Shown: piece by piece, positions 21,619-33,143 of the stretch
Numbering within the stretch: the first letter of the stretch is position 1
How the letters are laid out: each line of letters begins with the position of its first letter
Assembly: GCA_963703345.1 (NCBI GenBank)
Contig: OY969814.1
Location: 768,001-832,000, forward strand
Direction: 5' to 3'
DNA: 64,000 nucleotides
Origin: an uncultured Chloroflexia bacterium
GTDB taxonomy: Bacteria; Chloroflexota; Dehalococcoidia; DSTF01; JALHUB01
The notes under the pieces: generated by a model
The model's input: the letters and a program-made list of their open reading frames with translations, nothing else
Database searches by the model: none
What the model was told of the DNA's origin: nothing
Program-made: the position numbers and the translations under genes

Positions 21619-23613
21619 TTACTGCGGACTGACTGACGCCGCTTCGCCTCTGCCCGCCGCTCGCAGGATCAGCGGCGCCAGCCAGCGCGCCACCGGGACG
21701 GATCCGGCGGCGGTGAAATGGCCGCCGTCCAATCGCAGCTTGACGCCGTCGATTTCGATATCGGAATACTTGCCTTCCGGGCAGACGAAGTGGTTCATGT
21801 CCGCCAGGACAACCTGGTCGGGGTGCTCATCGGCGAACTGGCGGTAGACGTCGTTCACGTTGTGTATGCGCTGCCAGGCGTCGTGCTCCAGCTCGTCGGC
21901 GTTGGAGAGCTGCGACCAGGCGGGCGGCCGGTAGTACGGATAGGTCAGCACCACGAACCTCGTCGCTCCCTGCGAGGTGAACAGCGCGAAGTTCTTCTCC
22001 AACCCGCTCATAAACACGTCGTGCCATCCCGGCGATCCGGCCTCGAACAACTGCCCGTTGAGCTCCAGGGTATAGCCGTCCCAGGGACCAAAAGCCCAGA
22101 CGACGATGTCGGGGTGAAAAGCGCTCACCTCATCGGGCCAGGTTGCGTGCCAGCCGCGGCATATATTCGCGACTTCCTGCGAGCGATAAGTCTGCGGGTC
22201 CTGGCTGCTGGGGTCCGGCGCCCTGTCAAGATCGAGCGAGCCGCAGCCGGTGCCAACGACGTCCTTGATAGTCATGTTCTGTTGCGCCGCCAGCAGTCTC
22301 AGGCCGGGCAGCATCGAGTATCCTTCCGAGTCGCCCACCAGCATGACCCGCAGCGGCGGCAGGTTCGCCACCTCGGTCGGCAGCGGCTGCGGCGTTATGG
22401 CGAAGCTGGCAACCGAGGATACCGGGACGCGGGTAACAAGAACGATGACCACGCCCAGCGCCAGTGCTCCGCTCGGCGCGAACGTCCAGGCGACTTTCCG
22501 GTGGCGGAAGGCGCCGCGACGGATCGGCATCTCCAGGAAGTGATAGGAGGCGGTCGCGATCGCCAGCGTCGCCAGCACGCGGACGGCGAACACCTGATAG
22601 CCGTCCCAGCCGGTCAGCCCGGTCCGGCCCGGCGTGAGCACGAGATAGACGGGCCAGTGCCACAGATAGACGCCGTAGGAGATGAGGCCGAGGAGTCGCA
22701 GCGGCGGTAGGGAAAGTGCTCTGCCGGCGATTCCGGGCTCCGGCTGGACGGCGGCGGTGATGACGACGGCGACGCCCAGGGCGAGCAGCAAGAAGCCGCC
22801 GCGATATAGGAAGGTGTCGCTGCCGGAGGCGTGAACCCAGACCCAGCCAATGCCGACGGCGCACACGACGGCGGCGATCTGAAGCATCCATCTCGTGAAG
22901 CCATCGCGCAGTGGCCCAAGCTGTCCCAGCATCATCGCTAGAGAGGCGCCGATCAGCAGCGACTGCGCGCGCGTGTCGGTTCCGTAGTAGACGCGGGAAG
23001 GGTCGTGACCGGGGTGGAAGAGCAGCGCCATGAGAAGGGCGGACGCCGCGGCCATGACCAGGGTTACGCCGAGCAGCCGGCGAGGCGAGAGCCGGCTAAA
23101 GTGGAGGAGGCCCAGGAGCAGAAGGGGCCAGACGAGATAGTACTGCTCTTCGATGGCGAGCGACCAGGTGTGACGCAGGGGCGAGGGCAGCGTGAACTGG
23201 TCGAAGTAGGACTGACCCGCGAAAACCTGCCGCCAGTTGGCGACGTAGGCGATAGTGGCGACGGCGTCGGCGCGGATCTTCTCCATCTCGAGCTGGCCGG
23301 CAAGGGCGACGGCGTAGAAGGCGACGCCGATGAGCATGAGGAAGAGCGCCGGCAGAAGGCGCCTGGCCCGTCGCGTCCAGAAGGCGAGAAGGCCGATGCG
23401 ACCGCGGGCGTTCCACTCGGCGAGGAGGATGCTGGTGATGAGGTAGCCGCTCAGGACGAAGAAGGCGTCGACGCCGAGGAACCCGCCCTTCGCCCAGGGC
23501 AACCCCGCGTGGTAGGCGAGCACGGCGGCGACGGCCAGGGCGCGGATGCCGTCGAGGGCGGGCTTGTATGCGAGGGAGCGGTGGTCGCCGTCCGAAGGGT
23601 CGCTAGCTGGCAC
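21619..23613 (-). CDS. OatA-like acyltransferase (AT3 + SGNH domain)
   Basis: LDGIRALAV, GVDAFFVLSGYLIT, HTWSLAIEEQYY, GDS...DGGH. Confidence 0.9.
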   Translation of the reverse strand: MPASDPSDGDHRSLAYKPALDGIRALAVAAVLAYHAGLPWAKGGFLGVDAFFVLSGYLITSILLAEWNARGRIGLLAFWTRRARRLLPALFLMLIGVAFYAVALAGQLEMEKIRADAVATIAYVANWRQVFAGQSYFDQFTLPSPLRHTWSLAIEEQYYLVWPLLLLGLLHFSRLSPRRLLGVTLVMAAASALLMALLFHPGHDPSRVYYGTDTRAQSLLIGASLAMMLGQLGPLRDGFTRWMLQIAAVVCAVGIGWVWVHASGSDTFLYRGGFLLLALGVAVVITAAVQPEPGIAGRALSLPPLRLLGLISYGVYLWHWPVYLVLTPGRTGLTGWDGYQVFAVRVLATLAIATASYHFLEMPIRRGAFRHRKVAWTFAPSGALALGVVIVLVTRVPVSSVASFAITPQPLPTEVANLPPLRVMLVGDSEGYSMLPGLRLLAAQQNMTIKDVVGTGCGSLDLDRAPDPSSQDPQTYRSQEVANICRGWHATWPDEVSAFHPDIVVWAFGPWDGYTLELNGQLFEAGSPGWHDVFMSGLEKNFALFTSQGATRFVVLTYPYYRPPAWSQLSNADELEHDAWQRIHNVNDVYRQFADEHPDQVVLADMNHFVCPEGKYSDIEIDGVKLRLDGGHFTAAGSVPVARWLAPLILRAAGRGEAASVSPQ

Positions 23614-23731
23614 CTGTCATCATCCGTGACGGAGGTTGCGGCGGAGAACGAGACGCGAATTCGATGCGTTAGGCGTGATTCTACCACAGATATCGACGGT
23701 ATGCAGAGAGTGTTGGCGTCCTAGACGGGAG

Positions 23732-23754
23732 GTAGGGCGGATCGCGATCCGCCC
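23732..23754 (+). repeat. GTAG-type REP-like hairpin
   Basis: GTAG followed by the perfect palindrome GGGCGGATCGCGATCCGCCC. Confidence 0.65.
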
Positions 23755-23819
23755 CTGCAGGCCGGTGCGCCGGCTTGACAAGAGTTGAGTGGAGACGTAC
23801 TGTTCGGGCGAGCAACGAA

Positions 23820-24384
23820 ATGGTGTGTCGCGTGCGTAAGAAATTGGCGGGCAGGATGTTTGTCGCAGCCATCGCGGCGCTGGCGCTGTCGGCGACGGCG
23901 GTTGGCTGCGGAGGCGGCTCGTTCGACGAAAACCGATTCGCCTGATTCTTACGCCGACGTGGTCTGCAACATCATCCTCAAGCATACGGAGGAGGCTGCG
24001 GGTGACATACCTACCATGCCTCCCCATACTTCACTTGAGGACTACGCTGCCTCCAACGCAGATGCACTGAGGAGGACGCTTGCTGTGGGCGTCCCAATGT
24101 TTCGTGCTACCGCCCAAGATCTGGAAAACGTTCAGCCGCCAGCAGAGGTGGCGGGCGCGCACAATGATTTGATCGCCGTTTATGAGCGCTTGGCCGACGG
24201 AATGGATGGGATGGTCACCGCTCTGGACCAGCCGCCGGATGAGGCTGTTGCGACGATTGAGGCCGTCCAGACAGGTCTGGAGGATCCGGGAACCGTATTT
24301 CAGCGATTTCCCGAGAGCTATCGGCAGGCGTTCAGGGAGAACGGCGACTGCATAAACGTTGGGTACATAGCTACGATGCCGTAA
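23820..24384 (+). pseudogene. frameshifted lipoprotein
   Basis: ATG 23820 encodes a signal peptide with lipobox (ALSATAVG-C) and stops at 23945; removing one T at about 23922 joins it to the downstream ORF; TTGACA-17-TACTGT promoter upstream. Confidence 0.65.
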
Positions 24385-24414
24385 ATGAACGGCCGCTTCA
24401 TGAGCAGGCCGTTG

Positions 24415-24449
24415 GACAAAGGGGAGGCCGAGCGTAAGCTCGGCCCTCC
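24415..24449 (-). terminator. groEL intrinsic terminator
   Basis: Minus strand ggagggccgagc-ttac-gctcggcctcc followed by cctttgt. Confidence 0.6.
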
Positions 24450-24473
24450 GAACGTGTGCAAGTTATGGACGGC

Positions 24474-26159
<1,686 letters not shown>

Positions 26160-26186
26160 TTAGCACTCCCTGGGAAAGAGTGCTAA
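26160..26186. promoter_or_regulatory. CIRCE element (HrcA operator)
   Basis: Perfect TTAGCACTC-N9-GAGTGCTAA, 70 nt upstream of groEL. Confidence 0.95.
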
Positions 26187-26301
26187 CACTATATATTTAG
26201 CGAAGTCGGCGTCGAAATGCAAGTGGGCGTTGACGCATTGTTGGAGGCGATCCGCTCTGCTAGAATTGCGGCAGAAGGCATGACGCCGAGGAGGTAGCAC
26301 C

Positions 26302-26943
26302 ATGATCATCGTCTTGATCGTCATAGTGGCGATTGTCGTGCTGGCAGGCCTGATCCTGCTGGGCATCTACAACGGGCTCATCAGGTCGCGGGTGCGCACG
26401 CAGGAAGCGTGGTCCGGTATCGACGTGCAGCTCAAGAAACGCGCCGACCTCGTCCCGAACCTGGTCGAGACGGTGCGCGGCTACGCGGAGCACGAGCGCG
26501 GAACGTTCGAGGCGGTCACCAACGCCCGCGCGGCGTTGCAGAACGCTACGGGCCCCGCGGAAGCGGCGGCGGCGAACAACATGCTCACCCAGACGCTGCG
26601 GTCGCTGTTCGCCGTGGCGGAGAACTACCCGCAACTGCGCGCCAGCGAGAACTTCCTGGCCCTCCAGAACGAGCTGACGGACGTCGAGGAGAAGATCGCT
26701 TACGCGCGCCAGTTCTACAATCGCAACGTCAGCGACTTCAACGCCCGCATTCAGGTGATGCCGAACGTCTTCATCGCCAACATGATGGGGCTGAAGCCGT
26801 TCGAGTTCTTCGAGGCGGAGGAAGAGGCGCGCGAGGCGCCGCACGTCGCCTTTGGCCCGCCGACGCAGTCGCCGGGCTCGACGTCGGGGCCGCCAACGCA
26901 GTCGCCTGAGTCTCCGACGCCACCGACGCAGCCACCGGCATAG
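26302..26943 (+). CDS. lemA: LemA family protein
   Basis: N-terminal TM; EAWSGIDVQLKKRADLVPNLVETV; AENYPQLRASENF; Pro-rich repeat tail. Confidence 0.93.
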   Translation: MIIVLIVIVAIVVLAGLILLGIYNGLIRSRVRTQEAWSGIDVQLKKRADLVPNLVETVRGYAEHERGTFEAVTNARAALQNATGPAEAAAANNMLTQTLRSLFAVAENYPQLRASENFLALQNELTDVEEKIAYARQFYNRNVSDFNARIQVMPNVFIANMMGLKPFEFFEAEEEAREAPHVAFGPPTQSPGSTSGPPTQSPESPTPPTQPPA

Positions 26944-26949
26944 CGACGC

Positions 26950-27870
26950 ATGGCCGAACAACAGAAGGTCCTCGTCTACGACCGCATCGGCGAAAACCGG
27001 CGCAACACGTTCTTCCTGCTGCTGGTGTTCATCATCGTCGTCGGCGCGGCGCTGGTGGCAGTCGGCATCGCGCTGGGGCTGCCGTTCGCGTTCGCGCCGT
27101 TCCTCATCGTCCCGGTCATCATCTACGCGCTCTTCAGCTACTACAGCTCGACGAATGTGACGCTGGCGATCTCGCAGGCGCACCCGGTGACGAAGGAAGA
27201 GGAGCCGGAGTACTACCGGACGGTCGAGAACCTGTGCATCGCCGCCGGCCTGCCGATGCCGAAGCTGTACGTCATCGAGGACCGGGCACCCAACGCCTTC
27301 GCGACCGGTCGCGACCCCAACCACGCCGTCGTCTGCGTCACGCGGGGCCTCCTGCAGAAGATGGACCACCTGGAGCTGGAGGGCGTGATCGCGCACGAGC
27401 TGTCGCACGTCGGCAACTACGACATCCGGCTGATGACGGTGGTCGTGGTGCTGATTGGCGTCGTGGCGTTGCTGTCGGATTTCATGTTCCGCTTCACGAT
27501 CTGGGGCGCCGGCGGCCGGGCAGGCAACCGCGGTCGCAACGGCGGCTCAGCGGTGATCATCATCTACGCCGTCGCGCTGCTGGCGGCGATCCTGGCGCCG
27601 ATAGCGGCGCAGCTCGTCCGGCTGGCGCTGTCACGGCAGCGGGAGTACCTGGCTGACGCGTCGGGGGCGCTGCTGACGCGCTATCCGGAGGGGCTGGCGA
27701 GCGCGCTGGAGAAGATCGAAAAAGACAACGAGCCGCTGGCGGAGGCGAACAAGGCGACGGCGCATCTGTACATCACCAACCCGCTGAACGAGCACTCGAG
27801 CTGGCTGAACAACCTCTTTTCGACGCACCCGCCGATTGAGAAGCGCATCGCCCTCCTCCGGGCAATGTAG
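26950..27870 (+). CDS. htpX: M48 zinc protease HtpX
   Basis: PNAFATG, AHELSH, SRQREYLAD and LFSTHPP motifs. Confidence 0.92.
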   Translation: MAEQQKVLVYDRIGENRRNTFFLLLVFIIVVGAALVAVGIALGLPFAFAPFLIVPVIIYALFSYYSSTNVTLAISQAHPVTKEEEPEYYRTVENLCIAAGLPMPKLYVIEDRAPNAFATGRDPNHAVVCVTRGLLQKMDHLELEGVIAHELSHVGNYDIRLMTVVVVLIGVVALLSDFMFRFTIWGAGGRAGNRGRNGGSAVIIIYAVALLAAILAPIAAQLVRLALSRQREYLADASGALLTRYPEGLASALEKIEKDNEPLAEANKATAHLYITNPLNEHSSWLNNLFSTHPPIEKRIALLRAM

Positions 27871-27898
27871 GGGGCGGGTCGCCGGCGGATTCGACGGT

Positions 27899-28162
27899 CT
27901 GGGGGATGAATCCCTCAGCTACGAGATCGTCCAGTGTCGTCGGATCCTGCTAAGCTGAGGGTTTTCAACCCTCAGTGTTGTCTGACCTGTTCTCCACGCA
28001 CCTGCCCATCGAGAAGCGGATCGAGCGGCTGCGCGCGATGTAGGCAGGCGGACGCCTGCGAATCTCTACTGTTCTGAGGGATAAATCCCTCAGATTCCAC
28101 TCATCCCCGCCCTTCGAAAGGGCGTCGGGGGCTCCGTGGCCGAGACTTTCCAACGTTTCGGC
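27899..28162. repeat. cluster of four REP-like hairpins plus an orphan htpX 3' end
   Basis: CTG(A/G)GGG-loop-CCCTCAG hairpins at 27899-27922, 27952-27977 and 28074-28093; GTGGCCGAGACTTTCC variant at 28136-28162. Confidence 0.8.
27984..28043 (+). pseudogene. diverged duplicate of the last 20 codons of htpX
   Basis: DLFSTHLPIEKRIERLRAM* vs NLFSTHPPIEKRIALLRAM*; 45/60 nt identical. Confidence 0.85.
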
Positions 28163-28173
28163 ACGATGTCCTG

Positions 28174-28857
28174 CTATCGTAGTTCGTTTTTGACACGTTG
28201 ATCCACAATGGACACTAGATTCCAATTATCTTGTGGATTCATGTCGGCTGCACCCTGAGTGCTCACGGTTATGACGACTCGTCCTCTACGCCAATACGTG
28301 ACGAACTGACTTTCGTGCGCCATAGGCGGAACCTCTTGGGCATCTGCAGCCACCGTCGCAGAGAAAGTCGTGCTTTCGTCCCCGAACCCAGGCGATGACA
28401 CAATTTGCCGGTCCGAGTTCGGGTCGGGATTTGTCAGACGTTCGTACCTGCTGTGGGCTTCGGCCGTTGTGGAGTAAACGAGAACCTGGTTATACACTTC
28501 GAATACTCCGTGATGAGAGGTGACGAACGGGCCTTCTATCGGAACGTCTGGGTCAGGACCGAAGAACGGATGGCCGAATTGCGCATCCGACGCGTCCAAC
28601 TGCGCTCGGGCCTCATCCGTGTATGCTTCGTTGGTGAGAAATGCGCTGAGAAAGCACTCCTTCTCAGTCTCGACGATGATTGGCGTGAAGTTCGGATTGC
28701 AGTCAGATGATGATTGGGCGGAGAGGAATTGAGTGAACTGTGGCAAGTTTTCGCCCTTCAAGGCCACTTTCTGCGCGATTCCCGCCTTCTGCGAGCTGCA
28801 CGAAAGCAGTACGAACATCGCAGAACAAACCACACAAATCATCTGACGCGTCAACAC
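28174..28857 (-). CDS. hypothetical lipoprotein
   Basis: Signal peptide with LLSC lipobox; appears lower in GC. Confidence 0.7.
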   Translation of the reverse strand: MLTRQMICVVCSAMFVLLSCSSQKAGIAQKVALKGENLPQFTQFLSAQSSSDCNPNFTPIIVETEKECFLSAFLTNEAYTDEARAQLDASDAQFGHPFFGPDPDVPIEGPFVTSHHGVFEVYNQVLVYSTTAEAHSRYERLTNPDPNSDRQIVSSPGFGDESTTFSATVAADAQEVPPMAHESQFVTYWRRGRVVITVSTQGAADMNPQDNWNLVSIVDQRVKNELR

Positions 28858-28906
28858 GGCTACTCCGTACCGCCGTTCCTGAACGGGGTGCTCGGCACTC
28901 TCGTTG

Positions 28907-30412
28907 TTAGTGGGGCGCGCGCCAGATCTCCGTCCACTTGAAGCGACGCGCTACGCCGCGTCCAATCAGCAGCGCCGGTATGGTCGCTGCCAGGCACACG
29001 CCCGACGCCCAGAGGAAGGTGCCGCTGAAGGTGCCCACTTCCAGGCCCGTCAACTGCGATTTGTAGTTCGGGTCGTCCAGCGCCACGGAGCCGGCAAGCT
29101 GGTAGAAATGCCCCAGTCCGCGCGACGTTAGCAGCGCCACGCCGATCAGCATCCCGACGAGTCGCATCACCGTCAGCAGCGCGGAGGCGGTCGCGCGCTC
29201 GTGCTCGGCGACGGAGTTGACGACGGCGGCGCTTATCGGCGCAATCACCAGCCCGAAGCCGAGGCCGGTGAGCATGAGGTTCAGCGTGAATAGGGGGTCG
29301 GCGATATTCGCGCTCCAGAGGTGCATGAGGAAGAAGCCCAGCGAGCTTAGCGCCATGCCGATCGCCGTGGTCCGCTGGTAACCCAGCCAGCCGCCCAGAT
29401 AGCCGCCGGCGATGGCGCCGACCGGCAGCATGACCGTCAGGCGCATGAGGTTGAGACCGCCGTGGAAGTAGGAGCCGCCCAGCACGGCAATCGTGAACAC
29501 CGGCACCGATACCATGGCGACGATCAGGCCGCCGCCCATCAGCATGTGCGTGAAGTTGCCAGCGGCGAAGGCGACGGAGCGGAACAGGGAGAGCGCCAGC
29601 ATCGGCGTTTGGGTGATGCGCTCGCGCCAAACGAAGGCGGCGAAGAAGAGGACGGCCGACAGATAGAGCGACACGGTCAGCCAGACCGGCCGCGCGGCGA
29701 CGGGGTCGTCGGTCAGGGCAACGGCAAGGGTCGTCAGCGCGCCGGCGAGGAGCAGGCCACCCAGGTAATCGACGGACACCCGGCGACGGTCGTGGTCGGG
29801 TGAGGACTTTAGCATGACGATGGCGACGGGGATGACCAGCAGGACGTTGATCCAGAAGTGCCCCCGCCAGCCGAGGAGCTGCACCAGGCTGCCGCCCCAT
29901 AGCGGGCCGAGCAGGCCGCCGCCTTCCGCCGCGGCTCCGAGCAGCCCGAAGCTGAGCACGCGGCGCTCCGGCGGGACGTGCTCGGCGACGATGGCCATCG
30001 AGACGGGGACGAGCGTTCCGGCGCCGAGAGCCTGCAGGGCGCGAGCAATGATGAGCATGTTAAGGGTCTGGCAGGCGGATACCCAGAGGGAGCCGACGAC
30101 GAAGATGCCCAGCGCAACCAGGAACATGCGCCGGTGGCCGTAGACGTCGGCGACGCGGCCCATCAGCGGCATCGCGACCACGTAGCCGAGGATGTAGCCG
30201 TTGACGATCCAGGCTGTGCGGTAGAACTGGTCGACGGGGACGTTGACGCCGTCCATGATCGGCTTCAGGAGCGTGACGACGACCGTCTGGTCCATGGCGC
30301 CGAGGAAGACGGCGAAGCCGACGGCGATGAGCAGCCAGTTGGTCGGGATCGCCAGCGGCCGCGCGATAGCGGGAAGCTCTATGGCCGGGGTTTCGCTTTC
30401 AGAGTACATCAC
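28907..30412 (-). CDS. 14-TM MFS transporter (DHA2; P55/Rv1410c-like)
   Basis: FLGAMDQTVVV, WIVNGYILGYVVAMPLMGRVADVYG; coupled to the lipoprotein gene. Confidence 0.85.
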   Translation of the reverse strand: MMYSESETPAIELPAIARPLAIPTNWLLIAVGFAVFLGAMDQTVVVTLLKPIMDGVNVPVDQFYRTAWIVNGYILGYVVAMPLMGRVADVYGHRRMFLVALGIFVVGSLWVSACQTLNMLIIARALQALGAGTLVPVSMAIVAEHVPPERRVLSFGLLGAAAEGGGLLGPLWGGSLVQLLGWRGHFWINVLLVIPVAIVMLKSSPDHDRRRVSVDYLGGLLLAGALTTLAVALTDDPVAARPVWLTVSLYLSAVLFFAAFVWRERITQTPMLALSLFRSVAFAAGNFTHMLMGGGLIVAMVSVPVFTIAVLGGSYFHGGLNLMRLTVMLPVGAIAGGYLGGWLGYQRTTAIGMALSSLGFFLMHLWSANIADPLFTLNLMLTGLGFGLVIAPISAAVVNSVAEHERATASALLTVMRLVGMLIGVALLTSRGLGHFYQLAGSVALDDPNYKSQLTGLEVGTFSGTFLWASGVCLAATIPALLIGRGVARRFKWTEIWRAPH

Positions 30413-31125
30413 TCAGGTGCGTCTATGGTTATGTCTTCGTTGAACTTCGAGAGCATGAGCCGGCGAACGATGTTGCTCGGCTCGTCGGGAGCGATGGGGC
30501 CTACCAGGTAGACCTGGCGGATCAGCGAGTCGTCCTTGCCGATCCAGACCTTGATGCCGACGGTAAGGCCGGGCTTGGCGATAGGCGCCGCGGCCTGAAG
30601 GACGTCCGACGCGACGCTTCCTTCGACGCGATAGCAGGGCATGCCGTCCACGTTCTCCTCGGCGGTGACCTTCGCATCCTGCAGCGAGCCGACGATGGCC
30701 TTGACGCCCTGCGCCGGGTCGAAGATGTCCTTGATCGACGTGCCGGAGGGCAGGGGCTGCCACTGGCGGCTGAAGGGGTTGGTTATCCAGCCCTGGTCGC
30801 CGATGCCGATCACTTGAACGTTGACCGTCTGCTGGCCGGCCTTGGCGTCGAGCTTGGCGGACATGCGGTCGGGTACGATCACGTCGCCGTCGGCGGTGAT
30901 GAGCGTGAGGCCGGGCGGAATGGGAGAGCCGCCGTTGTCGTGCTCCAGGCGGAAGTGGAACGTCTTCATCGCCTGGAACGAGTTGACGGCCTTCGACAGC
31001 ACCGCGTCCGGCTGCGGCAGCGGTCCCGTCGTAGCCGGCTTATTGGAGTCACCGCCGCCACAGGCAGCGAGGAAGGCGGCGACTACGGCGAGCAGGGCGG
31101 CGACTGCGATAGCGTTTCGTTTCAT
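30409..31125 (-). CDS. LppX/LprAFG-like lipoprotein
   Basis: LAAC lipobox; KTFHFRL...ADGDV...IFDPAQG...EENVDG...YRVEG...KFNEDITIDAP pattern. Confidence 0.75.
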   Translation of the reverse strand: MKRNAIAVAALLAVVAAFLAACGGGDSNKPATTGPLPQPDAVLSKAVNSFQAMKTFHFRLEHDNGGSPIPPGLTLITADGDVIVPDRMSAKLDAKAGQQTVNVQVIGIGDQGWITNPFSRQWQPLPSGTSIKDIFDPAQGVKAIVGSLQDAKVTAEENVDGMPCYRVEGSVASDVLQAAAPIAKPGLTVGIKVWIGKDDSLIRQVYLVGPIAPDEPSNIVRRLMLSKFNEDITIDAPE

Positions 31126-32171
31126 GGCACCACCTTCACTCCAGATCCGCTGACCACCTTCCCGATTCGCCAGCAGTCGAGCCCGTCGGCGGCCATCCGC
31201 TGCTCCAGCGTCGGGCCGCGCTCCGCCGGGATGGCGAGGAGCAGTCCGCCCGAGGTCTGCGGATCGAACAGGACCTGGACCATCGCCTCTTCGATACTAT
31301 CGTCCATAACGACCGTACCGTCGAGAGCTTCGCGGTTGCGGGCGCCGCCGCCGGTGCCTATGCCGGCGCGGGCGTAGTCGAGAGCGCCTGGCAGGAGCGG
31401 GAGACGCCCCGCTTGGATCTCAAGGGCGACATCGCCGGCCTTCGCCATCTCCGAGCCGTGGCCGAGGAGGCCAAAGCCGGTAACGTCGCACATGGCGTCG
31501 ACGCCGGACGAACAAGCGACGTGGGAGGCGTGGCGATTGAGGGTGAGCATGCTGTCGACGGCGGCGCGCACGTGAGCGGGGTCCGCCTGGTCGCGCTCGT
31601 TGGCGGTGAGAATGATCGCCGTGCCGAGCGGCTTCGTCAGGTAGAGGAGGTCGCCAGCTCTTGCGCCGGCGCGGGTGATGATGCGATTAGGGTGGACAGC
31701 GCCCATGACGCAGAGGCCGTACTTCGGCTCGGCGTCGTAAATCGTATGGCCACCGGCGATGACGCCGCCCCCTTCGGCGACCTTGGCCGCGCCGCCGCGC
31801 AGTATCTCCGCCAGGATCGACGGCGGCAGGTCCTCCGGGAAGCCGACGACGTTGAGGGCGAGGAGGACTTCGGCGCCCATGGCGTAGACGTCGCTCATGG
31901 CGTTGGCGGCGGCGATGGCGCCGTAGGTGTAGGGATCGTCGACGACGGGCGCGAAGAAGTCGACCGTCAGCACGACAGCGAGCTCTTCGCTGACGCGATA
32001 GACGGCAGCGTCGTCGAGGCCGTCCAAGCCGAGGAGCAGATCGGGGTGCTCTTCGGGCCGGAAAGCTTCGGTCAGGGGGCGCAGGACCTGCGCCAGGAGG
32101 GCGATGCCCGCCTTACCCGCTCAGCCGGCGCAGGAAGCGAGGCTGGTGAGGCGGACCTCTTCTCGCGACAT
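31122..32171 (-). CDS. selD: selenide, water dikinase SelD, selenocysteine at codon 17
   Basis: MSREEVRLTSLASCAG-UGA-AGK is in frame with DDAAVY...TVDFFAPVVDDP...DPQTSGGLL; in-frame TGA at 32123-32121. Confidence 0.93.
32078..32094 (-). promoter_or_regulatory. putative SECIS hairpin of selD
   Basis: GGCGCAG-GUC-CUGCGCC starting 26 nt 3' of the UGA; G first in the apical loop. Confidence 0.6.
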
Positions 32172-32277
32172 CGTCGTTCCTTTGGCGCCGTCGGAATCGA
32201 AGCTGCATACCCCGGCGCGATGAAGGAATTATACAACGCGGAATATCGGAGCGACAGAACAACATAGTCGCCGCGCC

Positions 32278-32991
32278 GTGCTAGAATCGGCGGCGGAGGC
32301 CAAGTTGGACGCGCTTACGCCGAGAGAGGTCATCGAGCTGTTGAGCGCGCGGTACGGCGACGTGCCGCAGCGACCGCGTCGCGACCCCATCGATGAACTT
32401 GTCCTTGGCGTCCTATCGCAGAACACATCCGATACGAACTCGGGGTGGGCTTTCGCGCAACTGAAGCGCGCCTTTCCGCGATGGCAGGACATCATCGAAG
32501 CGCCCGCGGCCGAGGTGGAAGAGGCGATTCGCCCCGGTGGCCTGGCGCCAACGAAGTCGCTTCGAATCAAGGCGATGCTGGCGGAGATCCTGAAGCGGCG
32601 CGGCTCGTTCGACCTGTCGTTTCTGCGCGAGATGCCGCTGGACGAGGCGGAGGCGTGGCTGCGGTCGCTGCCGGGCGTGGGCCCGAAGACGGCGGCGGTC
32701 GTGCTGCTGTTCTCGCTGGGGCGGCCGGCGTTCCCGGTCGATACGCACGTCCACCGCGTGCTGCGACGGCTAGGGCTCGTGCCGGCGGGGGCGTCGGCGA
32801 CGCAGGCGCAGGCTCTATGGCAGGCACGGTTGGCGCCGGAGGAGGTTTTGCCGTTCCACATGTATCTCATCGCGCACGGTCGTCGTACCTGCGTCGCGCG
32901 GCGGCCGCGCTGCCCGGAGTGCAGCCTGAGGCATCGCTGTCCGTCGGCGGCGGAGTTCTATCCATCGCTCAGCGCGGCCGCCGCGCCCTGA
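32278..32991 (+). CDS. endonuclease III-family (HhH-GPD, 4Fe-4S) DNA glycosylase
   Basis: LSQNTSD, LPGVGPKTA, PVDTHVHR and C-x6-C-x2-C-x5-C. Confidence 0.9.
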   Translation: MLESAAEAKLDALTPREVIELLSARYGDVPQRPRRDPIDELVLGVLSQNTSDTNSGWAFAQLKRAFPRWQDIIEAPAAEVEEAIRPGGLAPTKSLRIKAMLAEILKRRGSFDLSFLREMPLDEAEAWLRSLPGVGPKTAAVVLLFSLGRPAFPVDTHVHRVLRRLGLVPAGASATQAQALWQARLAPEEVLPFHMYLIAHGRRTCVARRPRCPECSLRHRCPSAAEFYPSLSAAAAP

Positions 32992-33041
32992 GGCGCCGCC
33001 TCGGGGCCGACGCCCGCCAAGCGTCGTACAGCGATCATTCC

Positions 33042-33070
33042 TTGCCAGCGAGCGCTCCCGTCGCTATACT
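33042..33070 (+). promoter_or_regulatory. sigma70 promoter of the arg operon
   Basis: TTGCCA-17-TATACT. Confidence 0.55.
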
Positions 33071-33143
33071 GAACCTTCAATCGAAATCGGATCGCGATTC
33101 GTCGTTCCCGTTTCGAGGCGAAATCGGCCTCTGGGAGAGGACA

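Noticed and set aside
26853-26940. GPPTQSP repeats in the LemA tail
   Set aside because: An ordinary low-complexity coding repeat.
27899-28162. Clustered hairpin repeats as a CRISPR array or integron attC sites
   Set aside because: Repeats vary in sequence, orientation and spacing; there are no cas or intI genes and no RYYYAAC/GTTRRRY boxes.
32445-33143. N-terminal 233-aa extension of the argC ORF in the ORF track
   Set aside because: It overlaps the endonuclease III gene in another frame; the promoter and RBS place the start at 33144. The same applies to the track's leuA, groEL, recG, rpe and GT4 extensions.
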